This document shows, piece after piece, positions 53,690-64,000 of a stretch of 64,000 bases of DNA. Each line of letters starts with the position of its first letter. The first letter of the stretch is position 1. Below the pieces are notes generated by a model. That model worked only from the letters and a program-made list of their open reading frames with translations. It was not told the DNA's origin and made no database searches. This DNA comes from Stegostoma tigrinum. Lineage: Eukaryota. Both the position numbers and the translations under genes were made by a program. The stretch spans positions 132,854,933-132,918,932 of the forward strand of contig NC_081356.1 in NCBI RefSeq assembly GCF_030684315.1, in the 5' to 3' direction.

Positions 53690-54180
53690 AGAGAGAAGGA
53701 GCTAAACTCTTTATCTGATCCTGTGCTGTCCCTGTCCTGGGATTGTTTGATGGGAACAGTTTTGAGGGATCTTTATTTTACATTTCCATTCAGTTTTAAA
53801 AATGTAGGAGCAGCCTCACTCTGTATGTTACCTTGTGCTGTGCCTGCCCTGGGGGTGTTTGATGGGGATAATGTCAAGGGTGCTTTACTACAGGTTAATT
53901 TCAGTTTTAAAAAGTAGAAGGAGCTTTAGTCTGTGTTTAACCTCCTGCTGCCTCTGACATAGTAGGAACTGCAGATGCTGGAGAATCTGCGATAACAAGG
54001 TGTAGAGCTGGATGAACACAGCTGGCCACGCAGCATCAGAGGAGCAGGAAAGCTGACGTTTAGGGCCTAGACCCTTCCTCAGAAATGTCCTGGGTATGTT
54101 TGCTGGAGGCAGCATTGAGGTAGTTTTACTCTGTCTCTAAAACTGTCCTGCTGCAGGTCTTGGTGTGTTTGATGTTGACA
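53690..54180 (+). repeat. Degenerate ~70-bp tandem repeat, interrupted by a Penelope pLTR fragment
   Basis: Recurring unit GGAGCTTTACTCTGT.T.TAAC...TGTGCTGTCCCTGTCCTGGG..TGTTTGATGGG at ~53700, 53810, 53920 and 54085-54170. Confidence 0.6.
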
Positions 54181-54614
54181 CTGATGATTTTGAGAAGTGC
54201 ATTTGAAGTTGATGTAACATCTTTTCTCAACAGTGGCTGTGGTTTGTGCTTCGGTTTTACAACAGCTTTGTCTTTCTTTCAGATGCCACTTACAGTACAC
54301 ACACTTCCTATTTGTTGTTCATATGATGTAAAGTTGACCAACATTACTTTGGCAAGATGTCAAGTAACTTCCATATTTTTATGCAAAGCACGAGAGTAAG
54401 CGAGCGAGAAGGGTGAAATGGTGAAGTATTGACAATGAGGTCTCTCTATGTTTGTCTCTCTGCAGCCCTCCTCTCAGTCTCGGTGAGGGGTTACAGTAAA
54501 TACTTTCTAATACTGACCTTTCAAATCTATTTTGTTGATCATGTAATTGCCTCCTCCTTGATGACCTGTCTGCTGCCTGGCATTTAATTCCTAAACCTGT
54601 TGCTGTTTAGCACA

Positions 54615-55660
54615 AGATAATAAAATGTGAGGCTGGATGAACACAGCAGCCCCAGCAGCATCTCAGGAGCACAAAAGCTGACGTTTCGGGCCTAGACCCT
54701 TCATCAGAGAGGGGGATGGGGAGAGGGAACTGGAATAAATAGGGAGAGAGGGGGAGGCGGACGGAAGATGGAGAGTAAAGAAGATAGGTGGAGGGCAGAG
54801 TATAGGTGGGGAGGTAGGGAGGGGATAGGTCAGTCCAGGGAAGACGGACAGGTCAAGGAGGTGGGATGAGGTTAGTAGGTAGGAGATGGAGGTGCGGCTT
54901 GGGGTGGGAGGAAGGGATGGGTGAGAGGAAGAACAGGTTAGGGAGGCAGAGACAGGCTGGACTGGTTTTGGGATGTAGTGGGGGGAGGGGACGAGCTGGG
55001 CTGGTTGTGTGGTGCAGTGGGGGGAGGGGATGAACTAGGCTGGTTTTGGGATGCGGTGGGGGAAGGGGAGATTTTGAAGCTGGTGAAGTCCACATTGATA
55101 CCATTGAGCTGCAGAGTTCCCAAGCGGAATATGAGTTGCTGTTCCTGCAACCTTCGGGTGGCATCATTGTGGCACTGCAGGAGGCCCATGATGGACATGT
55201 CATCTAAAGAATGGGAGGGGGAGTGGAAATGGTTTGCGACTGGGAGGTGCAGTAGTTTGTTGCGAACTGAGCGGAGGTGTTCTGCAAAGCAGTCTCCAAG
55301 CCTCCGCTTGGTTTCCCCAATGTAGAGGGAGCCACACCGGGTACAGTGGATGCAGTATACCACATTGGCAGATGTGCAGGTGAACCTCTGCTTAATGCGG
55401 AATGTCATCTTGGGGCCTGGGATAGGGGTGAGGGGGGAGGTGTGGGGGCAAGTGTAGCATTTCCTGCGGTTGCAGGGGAAGGTGCCGGGTGTGGTGGGGT
55501 TGGAGGGCATTGTGGAGCGAACAAGGGAGTCATGGAGAGAGTGGTCTCTCCGGAAAGCAGATAGGGGTGGGGATGGAAAAATGTCTTGGGTGGTGGGGTC
55601 GGATTGTAGATTGCGGAAGTGTCGGAGGATGATGCGTTACTGCAGTTCCCATTATCTCTG
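54615..55660 (-). mobile_element. Penelope-like element (family A), 5'-truncated, with short inverted tip
   Basis: ORF 54938-55510 minus is a GIY-YIG domain nearly identical to 9813-10691; ends in the inverted terminus CTGCAGTTCCCATTATCTCTG (55640-55660). Confidence 0.88.
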
Positions 55661-56155
55661 TCATCTACAAAATACCTTGCAAGAACTGTGACAAACACTA
55701 CATTGGACAAACTGGCAGGAAGCTAGCCACCAGGATACATGAACATCAACTAGTCACAAAAAGACATGGCCCACTATCACTCGTATCCTTACATACAGAT
55801 AAGGAAGGACACCACTTTGATTGGGACAACACATCCATCCTAGGACAAGCCAAGCAGAGACATGCACGAGAATTCCTAGAAGAATGGCATTCCAACCGGA
55901 ATTCCATCAACAAACACCTTGACTTGGAGCCAATCTACCATCCCCTGAGAAAAAGAACAGGAAATGACATCACCAACCCAAGGAAACCTAACCAGATAAA
56001 TAGAAAGCGGGACATAACACCAGCGCTTCGTCGGAGGCTCACTGATGATGTTACCTAGAATGGTGACGAAACGTCTGAAAACTAACCTTCCAGCTCATCG
56101 AGCAAACTCACATCCAGAACCTCAACCTGAGCTACAAATCTTCTCAAAACTCGCT
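55660..56155 (+). mobile_element. Second Penelope-like family (family B): GIY-YIG ORF end plus hammerhead-bearing 3' end
   Basis: Open frame 55660-56058, not in the ORF track because it has no start: VIYKIPCKNCDKHYIGQTGRKLATRIHEHQ...HHFDWDNTSILGQAK...REFLEEWHSN.NSINKH, a typical PLE GIY-YIG. Confidence 0.88.
56039..56078 (+). ncRNA. Minimal type I hammerhead ribozyme (Penelope-associated)
   Basis: UCA-CUGAUGA-U-GUUACC-UAGAAU-GGUGAC-GAAAC-GUC^UGA: intact core, 6-bp stem II, 3-bp stem I, palindromic ACGU in place of stem III. Confidence 0.8.
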
Positions 56156-56639
56156 TCCATCTCTATAACCATCACTGTAAAAAAGAAATCTATTTCACTC
56201 ATGTCCTTCCTTACCTGGTCTGATCTTTATGTGACTCCAGACCTACAGCAATGTGGTTGACTCTTAAATGCCCTCTGAATGCCTCACTCGGTTGTGAACA
56301 AGGAGTAAATCCAGGAGTGCAAATGAAGCTGTGGCTGCAAAAACAGGTCGCAGGCTAGGAATCCTGTAAATGAACGCATTTCATGACTCCAAAGTATATT
56401 GAGCTGTCAGGACTGCAATGGAATACTACACACTTGCCTGGAAGACAGCCGGGAAATTTATTATTGTGCTGTCACCATTGCTGGGTCAACATCCTGGAAC
56501 TCCCACCCCAACACCGTGGTCGGAATAAGAATAACGGCAACATGTGCTTCAGTAATGTGCCAACACTTCCTCCACTAGCCCCTCCCAAACTAGTGACCTC
56601 TATGACCACAGTGAAAATCAGCAGCAGATACCCACCATC

Positions 56640-57970
56640 CTGACTTGGAATTATATTTATCTTTAATTATTCAAGGGGATGTGAATATCACATGCTTGGT
56701 CAGCCTTTATTAGACATCCCCAATTGCCCTGGAGAAGGAAATAGTGAACTGCCTACTTGAACTGCTGCCTTCCCTCAGGTGCAGGGACACTCATGATACA
56801 GTTGGCAAAGGAGTTCCAGATCTCTGTCCAACTGACACTGAAGGAATGGTGAAATATTTCCAAATCAGGATGGTGAGTATCTTGCAGAGGAGCCTGTAGA
56901 TGGTGCACGTCATGTTCATCAGTGACATCCATCCCCACTTCTGACCTTATGGTGGAGGGAGAATCATTGATGAAACAGCTGAAGATGATTGGACCTAGGA
57001 CAAACCCCTGATGGACTCTTGCAGAGATGTCCTGGGGCTGAGATGACTGGCATCCATCAACCACAGCCATCTTCCTTTGTGCCAGGTATGACTCCATCCA
57101 ATGGAAGATCTTCCCCGATTCTGATTGGATTCAGTTTTGTCAGAGTCCTTGATGCCACACAACCACTCAAGTGTGGTCTTGAAGTTAAGGGCAGTCACTC
57201 ACACATTCCATCACTTCACAGTGGACTGATGGGGCGGTAATTGGCCAGGTCAGACTCTCATTACTTTCTACATACAGGACATTCCTGGGCAATTTTCCAC
57301 ATTGTTGGGGCAATGTCATTGTTATAGCCGTGCTGGAACAGCTTGGTGTACTAATTGTTCACCATCATTCTGGACTGCATATCCGTCTGATCCATTGGTT
57401 ATGGGATGGCTCTATTGTGTGCTGTTCCTGCCGTTAGACAAGCAAGTAGTCCTGGAGAGTGTAGTTTCAGCGTGTTGGCATCACATTTTTGGGTATGTCT
57501 GGCGTTGCTCATAACATACCCACATATACACTTCGCTAATCTCCCAGCCTGATGGGAATGATAGGGTGAGGGGTTAACTCGGATTGTGAGGTTACAGATT
57601 ATGGTTAAATGGGCTTATAAATATCATCCTTAAGTTTGGGCAACTCCTTTCTTACTGCATACTACTGTGCCTCCACCTCTGCTGGGTCAGTCCTGTTGGT
57701 GGGACAAAGGACAAGGTAACATACAGGGGTGGTAACAGTGGTGTCTAGGATATGGTAAGTTATGATTCTGTGAGTTTGACTATGTGAGGCTGTTAGGTGG
57801 CCAGTCTGTGAGACAGCTCTTCCACCTTTTGCACTAGTTGCCAGATGTTAATAAGGAAGATGTTAATGAGGAGGACTTTGCAGAGTTGACTGGGTTGTGT
57901 CTGCTCTCATTGTTTTTGGTGCCACAGTCAATGTAGAGTGGTCTGATTCCATTCTTACAATACTGCTATT
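56640..57970 (-). mobile_element. Degenerate L2/CR1-clade LINE fragments
   Basis: Minus ORF ESYLAQRKMAVV..GCQSSQPQDISA.VHQGFVLGPIIFSCFIND is an RT motif region. Confidence 0.6.
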
Positions 57971-58013
57971 CCTTCAGTGTTGCTGGGTCAAAACCAGGGA
58001 ACTCCAACCCTGA

Positions 58014-59013
58014 TAACAAAGTGTGGAGCTGGATGAACACAGCAGGCCAAGCAGCATCTCAGAAGCACAAAAGCTGATGTTTCGGGCCTAGACCCTTCAT
58101 CAGAGAGGGGGATGGGGGGAGGGAACTGGAATAAATAGGGAGAGAGGGGGAGGCGGACCGAAGATGGAGAGAAAAGAAGATAGGTGGAGAGGAGAGTATA
58201 GGTGGGAAGGTAGGGAGGGATAGGTCAGTCCAGGGAAGACGGACAGGTCAAGGAGGTGGGATGAGGTGGTAGGTAGGAAATGGAGGTGAAGCTTGAGGTG
58301 GGAGGAAGGGATAGGTGAGAGGAAGAACAGGTTATGGAGGCGGGGACAAGCTGGGCTGGTTTTGTGATGCAGTGGGTGGAGGAGAAGAACTGGGCTGGTA
58401 TAGGGATGCAGTGGGGGGAGCGGAAGAACTGGGCTGGTTTTTGGGATGCAGTGGGGGAGGGGGAGATTTTGAAGCTTTTGAAGTCCACATTGATACCATT
58501 GGGCTGCAGGGTTCCCAAGCAGAATATGAGTTGCTGTTCCTGGAACCTTCGGGTGGCATCATTCTGCTCCCCCACTGCATCCCAAAACCAGCCCAGCTCG
58601 TCCCCTCCCCCCACTGCATCCCTAAACCAGCCCAGCTTGTCCCTGCCTCCATAACCTGTTCCTCCTCTCACCTATCCCCTCCTCCCACCTCAAGCCTCAC
58701 CTCCATTTCCTACCTACTAACCTCATCCCACCTCCTTGACCTGTCCGTCCTCCCTGGACTGACCTATCCCCTCCCTACCTCCCCACCTATACTCTCCTCT
58801 CCACCTATCTTCTTTTCTCTCCATCTTCAGTCTGCCTCCCCCCTCTCCCTATTTATTCCAGTTCCCTCTCCCCATCCCCCTCTCTGATGAAGGGTCTAGG
58901 CCCGAAACGTCAGCTTTTGTGCTCCTGAGATGCTGCTGGGGCTGCTGTGTTCATCCGGCTCCACACTTTGTTACCTTGGATTCTCCAGCATCTGCAGTTC
59001 CCATTATCTCTGA
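58014..59013. mobile_element. Fold-back Penelope-derived element
   Basis: Two inverted pLTR/3' arms meeting near 58560; flanking direct repeat CTCCA[A/T]CCCTGA at 58002-58013 and 59015-59026. Confidence 0.85.
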
Positions 59014-59181
59014 CCTCCATCCCTGAAATTACTGTGGGAAAACCCAACACCTCATGGCTGCTGCATATCAAGAAGACAATCAGGATGGACAATAAATGCA
59101 CATAACCCAAGCCAGAGATACCCATGACTGAATTTTTAAAAAAAGACGAGGAATTGATGAAACAAAGAAGATTCTGAGGAG

Positions 59182-59395
59182 ACGAAATAAAAACCGAAAG
59201 AACTGTGGATGCTGTAAATCAAGAACAAAAACAAAGCTGCTGGAAAAGCTCAGCAGGTCTGGCAGCGTCTGTGAAGGCAAAAGCAGAGTTAATGTTTTGG
59301 GTCCGGTGACCCATCCTTCCGGAACATTCACTCTGTTTTTCCATCACAGATGCTGCCAGACCTGCTGAGCTTTTCCAGCAGCTTTGTTTTTGTTC
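59182..59395. mobile_element. Palindromic Penelope-derived element, different subfamily
   Basis: Inverted arms GCTGCTGGAAAAGCTCAGCAGGTCTGGCAGC; 14-bp direct repeat AAGATTCTGAGGAG at 59168-59181 and 59396-59409. Confidence 0.75.
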
Positions 59396-60045
59396 AAGAT
59401 TCTGAGGAGGCTTGACAAGGCAGATTCTGAGAAGTCAAAAAGAGGAATAGTTTCAAAATAAGGGGTTTCCCAGTTAAAGTGGGGATGAGGAAATGTTCCA
59501 TCTCTCAGCTTCTCTTTAAAGTTTGTGCACCAAGGAGCCACATAATGATCTATCCTTCCACCTCCAAGTAAAATATCAGAATTGGTGCAGAAAAAATGAT
59601 CTGGAATATGAGTCCATATCACCTGCGCTCATTTCAAAGCTCACAGGTTGGAATTAGTGAAAATCACATGAGGAATGACACTCAGAGTGGGGTCAATGCT
59701 TGGAATGTAATTGTTGGGCAAAGTGTTGGGGGAAAGCTGTTAAATCCTTGACCTTATTTAAAGAATATTAAATTTGAACAATGGACAGAGGGTTCTGCAT
59801 GAATGAATTCCAGGGGCTTTAATACATTTCCTGATCTGTGAATATCTTGTGATCAAGGCTCTTGAGTCAAGTGAACATATTGATCAGGGTGACTCCTGGA
59901 GGGCAATGTCTGGACAGATCCTTGAGAGATATGAGGGGATTTGTTAATTCTTCATTTTATCATGAATTTGGAAGGAATGCAATAAATTGAATCGAGAACT
60001 TCAGCAGTCTGACTTCATAGATTCTAATGTTTATGCTTTCCTCAG

Positions 60046-60180
60046 CTGCTCTGGGAGAGGTTTTAGTGGTGTACGGGACAGAGAGAGATACTGTTACTTT
60101 ACCCTAACTTTTCAGGACCGAGAGCTATCCTAACCTGACGGCTGATACCTGGATTAGGAAGAAGCCCTACCAACACATTG
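60046..60180 (+). pseudogene. Truncated paralogous copy of the V2 exon (pseudo-exon)
   Basis: Acceptor TTTCCTCAG| then AALGEVLVVYGTERDTVTLP*LFRTESYPNLTADTWIRKKPYQHI, aligning to V2 (VSVVSGTEGESVTLPCIFKT...LTAVAWMRKEPYQHI). The Cys codon is TAA (60105-60107) and a Penelope-derived repeat follows at ~60181. Upstream intron is also conserved (AAATTGAATC[A/G]AGAACTTCAGCA). Confidence 0.85.
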
Positions 60181-63103
60181 TGATGAAGGGTCTAGGCCTG
60201 AAACATCAGCCTTCCTGCTCCTATGATGCTACTTGGCCTGATGTGTTCACCCAGTTCTACACCTTGTTATCCCAAAACTGAAGATGTGTTTGAGAGAAAA
60301 ACAGCCATGGGAGATTTCTGAAATACCTTCCTAACTTTCCTGACAGTTATCCATCTATTTGATTGATTTTGCTGTTTAATCACTTCACTAAGCCTACTCG
60401 CTAGCTAACTCTTGTCTGTTGTACGCCTTCAATGTCATTAAGCCTAAAAAGAAGCAGCTTACAATTCCATCTTGTCTCTAAAATAACTACACTACCCTTC
60501 CTTACTCAAAGAGTTAATATTAAGCGTCCAAGAAATAAGAAATTAAAAATAGTATAAATCTTCATCAAACTCTTTTAATTTGCTTACCAATCAAATTTTA
60601 AAATAAACTCAAAAATGACTTCTACTCAAGTGGTCCCGCAGTTTGTTTTCAATCTTCGGATTAAAAGCAAATCCTACTCTGGAGCCACCCCAGTGTAGAC
60701 ACTCCAAAAGCTCTGTCAACACAATTCGTTTAAAACAAAACTCTCCAATGCAATTTTATAAAAATTGCTTTAGTGATGTTAAAAAAAGCTCTTATATGAG
60801 AAAAAGCACCGATTAGTCCATATGTCAGTGGATCCAAAAGGTATATTGACACAACTCCGTTTGTTAAAAAATTGTGTCTGTCTTTTTGTTTTGTGTTTTT
60901 GGTTATAAATGAACTAACAATGAATTAAATAAAAACTGTACATTACTGAAATTTAACAACTGTAAGCAATCAAGAAGTAAATCTAGAAATAAGCCTGAAT
61001 CTCCAGAGCAGTTGCAAGATCCACGCTACTCTCAGTTCGCCATTTTCAATCATTTTCTTTCTGAAGCAGTATCACTGAATCCAAAACATCAACTCTACTT
61101 TCTGTCCACAGATGCTGCCAGACCTGCTGAGTTTTTCCAGCAATTTCTGTTTTTGTCTCTGCCACTCTTACTTGGGCTGGTCTACATGAAGGGCACAGGA
61201 TAGAGCTGGCTGCTCCATTTGCATTCAGTAATGGGGTTCACTGTGTCAGGTCAGTGGAAGCGAGTGTGGGCTGGTGAGGACAGGTCAAGAACTGTGTGAG
61301 GAATAACACTAGGCCCCATGATTTCTGCCCCTTGCCCGACCTACCTGTGAGTGCAGACCCACCAAATTATGTTTGCCTTCTGCGTAAAGAATCATCTATG
61401 ATGCTGGCGACCTCTGGAGTAGACTGAAATCAATGATCACTCAGCACTTCTGAATCTACTTGTGAATGCTTCAGCCCTGTCTTTTGCACTGATGAGCTGA
61501 GTTCCCCCTCGTTGTGGATGGGGATATTTGTGGAGACTCATTCTCCTGTTGGTTGATTAATTGTTCTCAATTATTCACAACTGCAAGTGGCAGGTCTGCT
61601 GAGCTTATGTCTGATGCACTGATGGTTAAATCACTTATTCCAGGCTGTTTGTGCTGTTTATCATGGAAGTAGCCCTTCCATGTTTTGTAGTCGGCATCTC
61701 ATTTTCAGGCTTGTTGATGATGTTCCTGACATCCCTCCTGCATTGTTCATTGAACCAGTGTTGGTGGCCTGACTTGATATTAATGGTTGAGTTGGGGAAA
61801 GTTACCTGGGCATGAGTTTACAGACTGTATTGGAGCCCAATTCTTTTTCTTAATTTATTCATAGGATGAGGGCATTGCTAGCTAAGCAGCATCTATTGTC
61901 CATTCCTAATAGCCCAGAGGCAGTTAAGAGCCTACCATATTGTTGTGGGTCCGGAGTCACATGTAGGCTAGACCCAGTAAGAATGGCACTTTCCTTCCTT
62001 GAATGATATTGGGGAAACAGATGGTTTTTTCCAACAATTGACAACAGATTCACAGTCATCATTAGGCTCTTAACTCAATATATTTGTTGAATTTAAATTC
62101 CACCATCTGCTGTGGCAGGATTTGAACCCTGGTCCCCAGAATATTATCCATGTCTCTGGATTAACAGTCCATCCGTACAGCAGAATTATTGAGGAGCAAT
62201 TGCTTCCCCTATAATTCTGCTTTACCGATGGTCCATAGTATCTCATGAATCCCAGTCTTGAGTTGCTGGATCTGTTCAAAATCTGTCCCGTTTACCACAG
62301 GGCCAGTACCATAAATGACGGGGATGTACCTCAATGTGAGGTTGGGAGTTTGCCTCCAGCATGACTGTACGGTGGTCAGTCCTCACAATCCTATCACGGA
62401 CAGACAGATTGCTGAGGAGCAGGTCAGGCTTTTCTCTCTTGTTTGTTCCCTGACTACCTGCACACAGACCCAGTCCAGCAGCTATGTCATTCAAGACTCC
62501 ACCAGTTCGGTCAGTAGTGAATTATTGAGTGTGTCTTGATGTGGGACATTAAATTTCCCACCCAGAGTACATTCTATGCACTTGTTGACATCAGTGCTTC
62601 CTTTAAGTGGTGATCGACATGATCATGAGCCTGGGAGTGGGAGAATTATGGCAGTAGGTGGAGATTTCCTTTGTCATGTTTGACCTAATGCTAAGACTTC
62701 ATGATAATTTTTTTGAGTTAACAAAGTTGTGCCTGGCAACTGCCGTCTGATTTGTTGAACAGCAACTGTTACAAAACTGTAAGTGCCAGGAGTACCTGAA
62801 AATGGAAAGTAGCTACAGTCTACAGAAAGAAAACAGCCATCTTCCCATCTCTCCCATCGCCATAGAGAAATGCACAGAAAGCCCGAGCAAGCTGAAAGGA
62901 TATAATTCACGCGATCAAGGATGTATGTTCACCTGATTGACCAGTGAATTTGAAGGGTGACCATCATTGTACTGGGAGCAGCATCTTACCACTGCAAAAA
63001 AATCACAAGGACTTTGAAAGAGAAAGATCTTTCCATCTTCTTTTCTGGACTTTGAATTTCAGATTTTTTCTGTGTATATTCTCTATTCACTCATTGGAGA
63101 AAT

Positions 63104-63261
63104 NNNNNNNNNNNNNNNNNNNNNNNNNNNNNNNNNNNNNNNNNNNNNNNNNNNNNNNNNNNNNNNNNNNNNNNNNNNNNNNNNNNNNNNNNNNNNNNNN
63201 NNNNNNNNNNNNNNNNNNNNNNNNNNNNNNNNNNNNNNNNNNNNNNNNNNNNNNNNNNNNN
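63104..63261. other. Assembly gap (158 N)
   Basis: Run of n characters. Confidence 1.
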
Positions 63262-63499
63262 TTTGAAGGGGTGCATTAACCAGGACTATTTTCTTTTCAC
63301 CACTTTCATTACTGAGAATATTGATTTATGGAATTATTTTTACTGTTACTGAACATTTCTGGAGTGGTTTGCTTCTGTCCTGAGTAACGGTCTGTCAGGG
63401 GTGATCTCATTGGGCTTAATGTAAATTTGTACAGTTCCTGATGACGTGTGGAGCAATAGGACATGGTTACTGGCACACTGTTCACTGTTCAGTCATAAC

Positions 63500-64000
63500 A
63501 TGATTCATTAATTTGGAGTGACAAAGATGATAGAAGAATGGAGAGCAGTGGATGTGGTGTACATGGACTTCAGTAAGGAATTTGAAAATTTCCACATGAT
63601 AGCTGGTTAGCAAGATTAGATCACATGAAATACAGGGGGATCTTGCCATTTGGATACATTACTGGTTTGAAGGTATTAGACAGAGGGTGGTGAAGCAGGA
63701 TTACTTTTCGGACTTGAGGCCTGTTTCTGGCGGTGTGCCGCAAGGATCAGTGCTTGATCCATTGCTTATTGTCATTTATCTGAATGATGTAGATGTGAAT
63801 AAAGTTGGTATGGTTAGTAAATTTGCAGATGACATCAGTATTGGTGGTGTAGTGTACAACGAAGAAGGTTATCTCAGAGTGCAATGGGACATTGATGAGA
63901 CAGGCCAATGTGCTGAGAAGTGGCAGATGGAGTTTAATTTAGATCAATGTGAGGCACTGCATTTTGGAAATGCAAATCACTACAGCACTTATATACCTAA
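63500..64000 (+). mobile_element. CR1-type LINE RT fragment, runs off the window
   Basis: GTGGATGTGGTGTACATGGACTTCAGTAAG ([10 protein letters not shown]), GGTGTGCCGCAAGGATCAGTG (GVPQGSV), AAATTTGCAGATGAC (KFADD). Confidence 0.8.

Noticed and set aside
53040-53700. Non-repetitive-looking stretch with minus-strand splice-like sites
   Set aside because: Stops in all frames, no recognisable protein, and one apparent acceptor belongs to the tandem repeat unit.
54466-54482. 17-nt segment between a good acceptor and GTGAGG
   Set aside because: No compatible neighbouring exons found.
4502-59395. Recurrent palindromic repeats as a CRISPR-like array
   Set aside because: Eukaryotic DNA; repeats are dispersed and TSD-flanked, with no regular repeat-spacer periodicity.
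62866-62922. 57-nt AG...GTATGT-bounded open segment (EKCTESPSKLKGYNSRDQG) as possible exon of a second gene
   Set aside because: No motif or partner exon supports it; such sites occur by chance.

Overview
Repeat-rich vertebrate DNA, inferred from its SINE, CR1 and Penelope families to be shark (probably a carpet shark). The main feature is a + strand multi-exon immunoglobulin-superfamily receptor gene. I assembled it by eye from nine phase-compatible GT-AG exons: 12966-13349, 21209-21559, 28573-28683, 34930-34969, 36926-36987, 40536-40583, 47578-47631, 47721-47762 and 48264-48301 (about 376 aa without a leader). The predicted protein has a Siglec-15-like V-set domain that keeps the sialic-acid-binding Arg, a second Siglec-15-like V-set domain lacking it, an uncharged transmembrane helix, and a ~98-aa tail with three ITIM/ITIM-like tyrosine motifs. 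This looks like an inhibitory V-V counterpart of the normally activating V-C2 Siglec-15. The leader exon is unresolved. A pseudogenised copy of the second V exon lies at ~60046-60180. The remainder is CR1, Rex1/Babar and L2-like LINE fragments, tRNA-derived SINEs, a Gypsy LTR relic, and many Penelope-like elements (GIY-YIG ORFs, minimal hammerhead ribozymes, fold-back insertions with 9-15 bp target-site duplications). There is a 158-nt assembly gap. No database searches were run; family names come from motif recognition.
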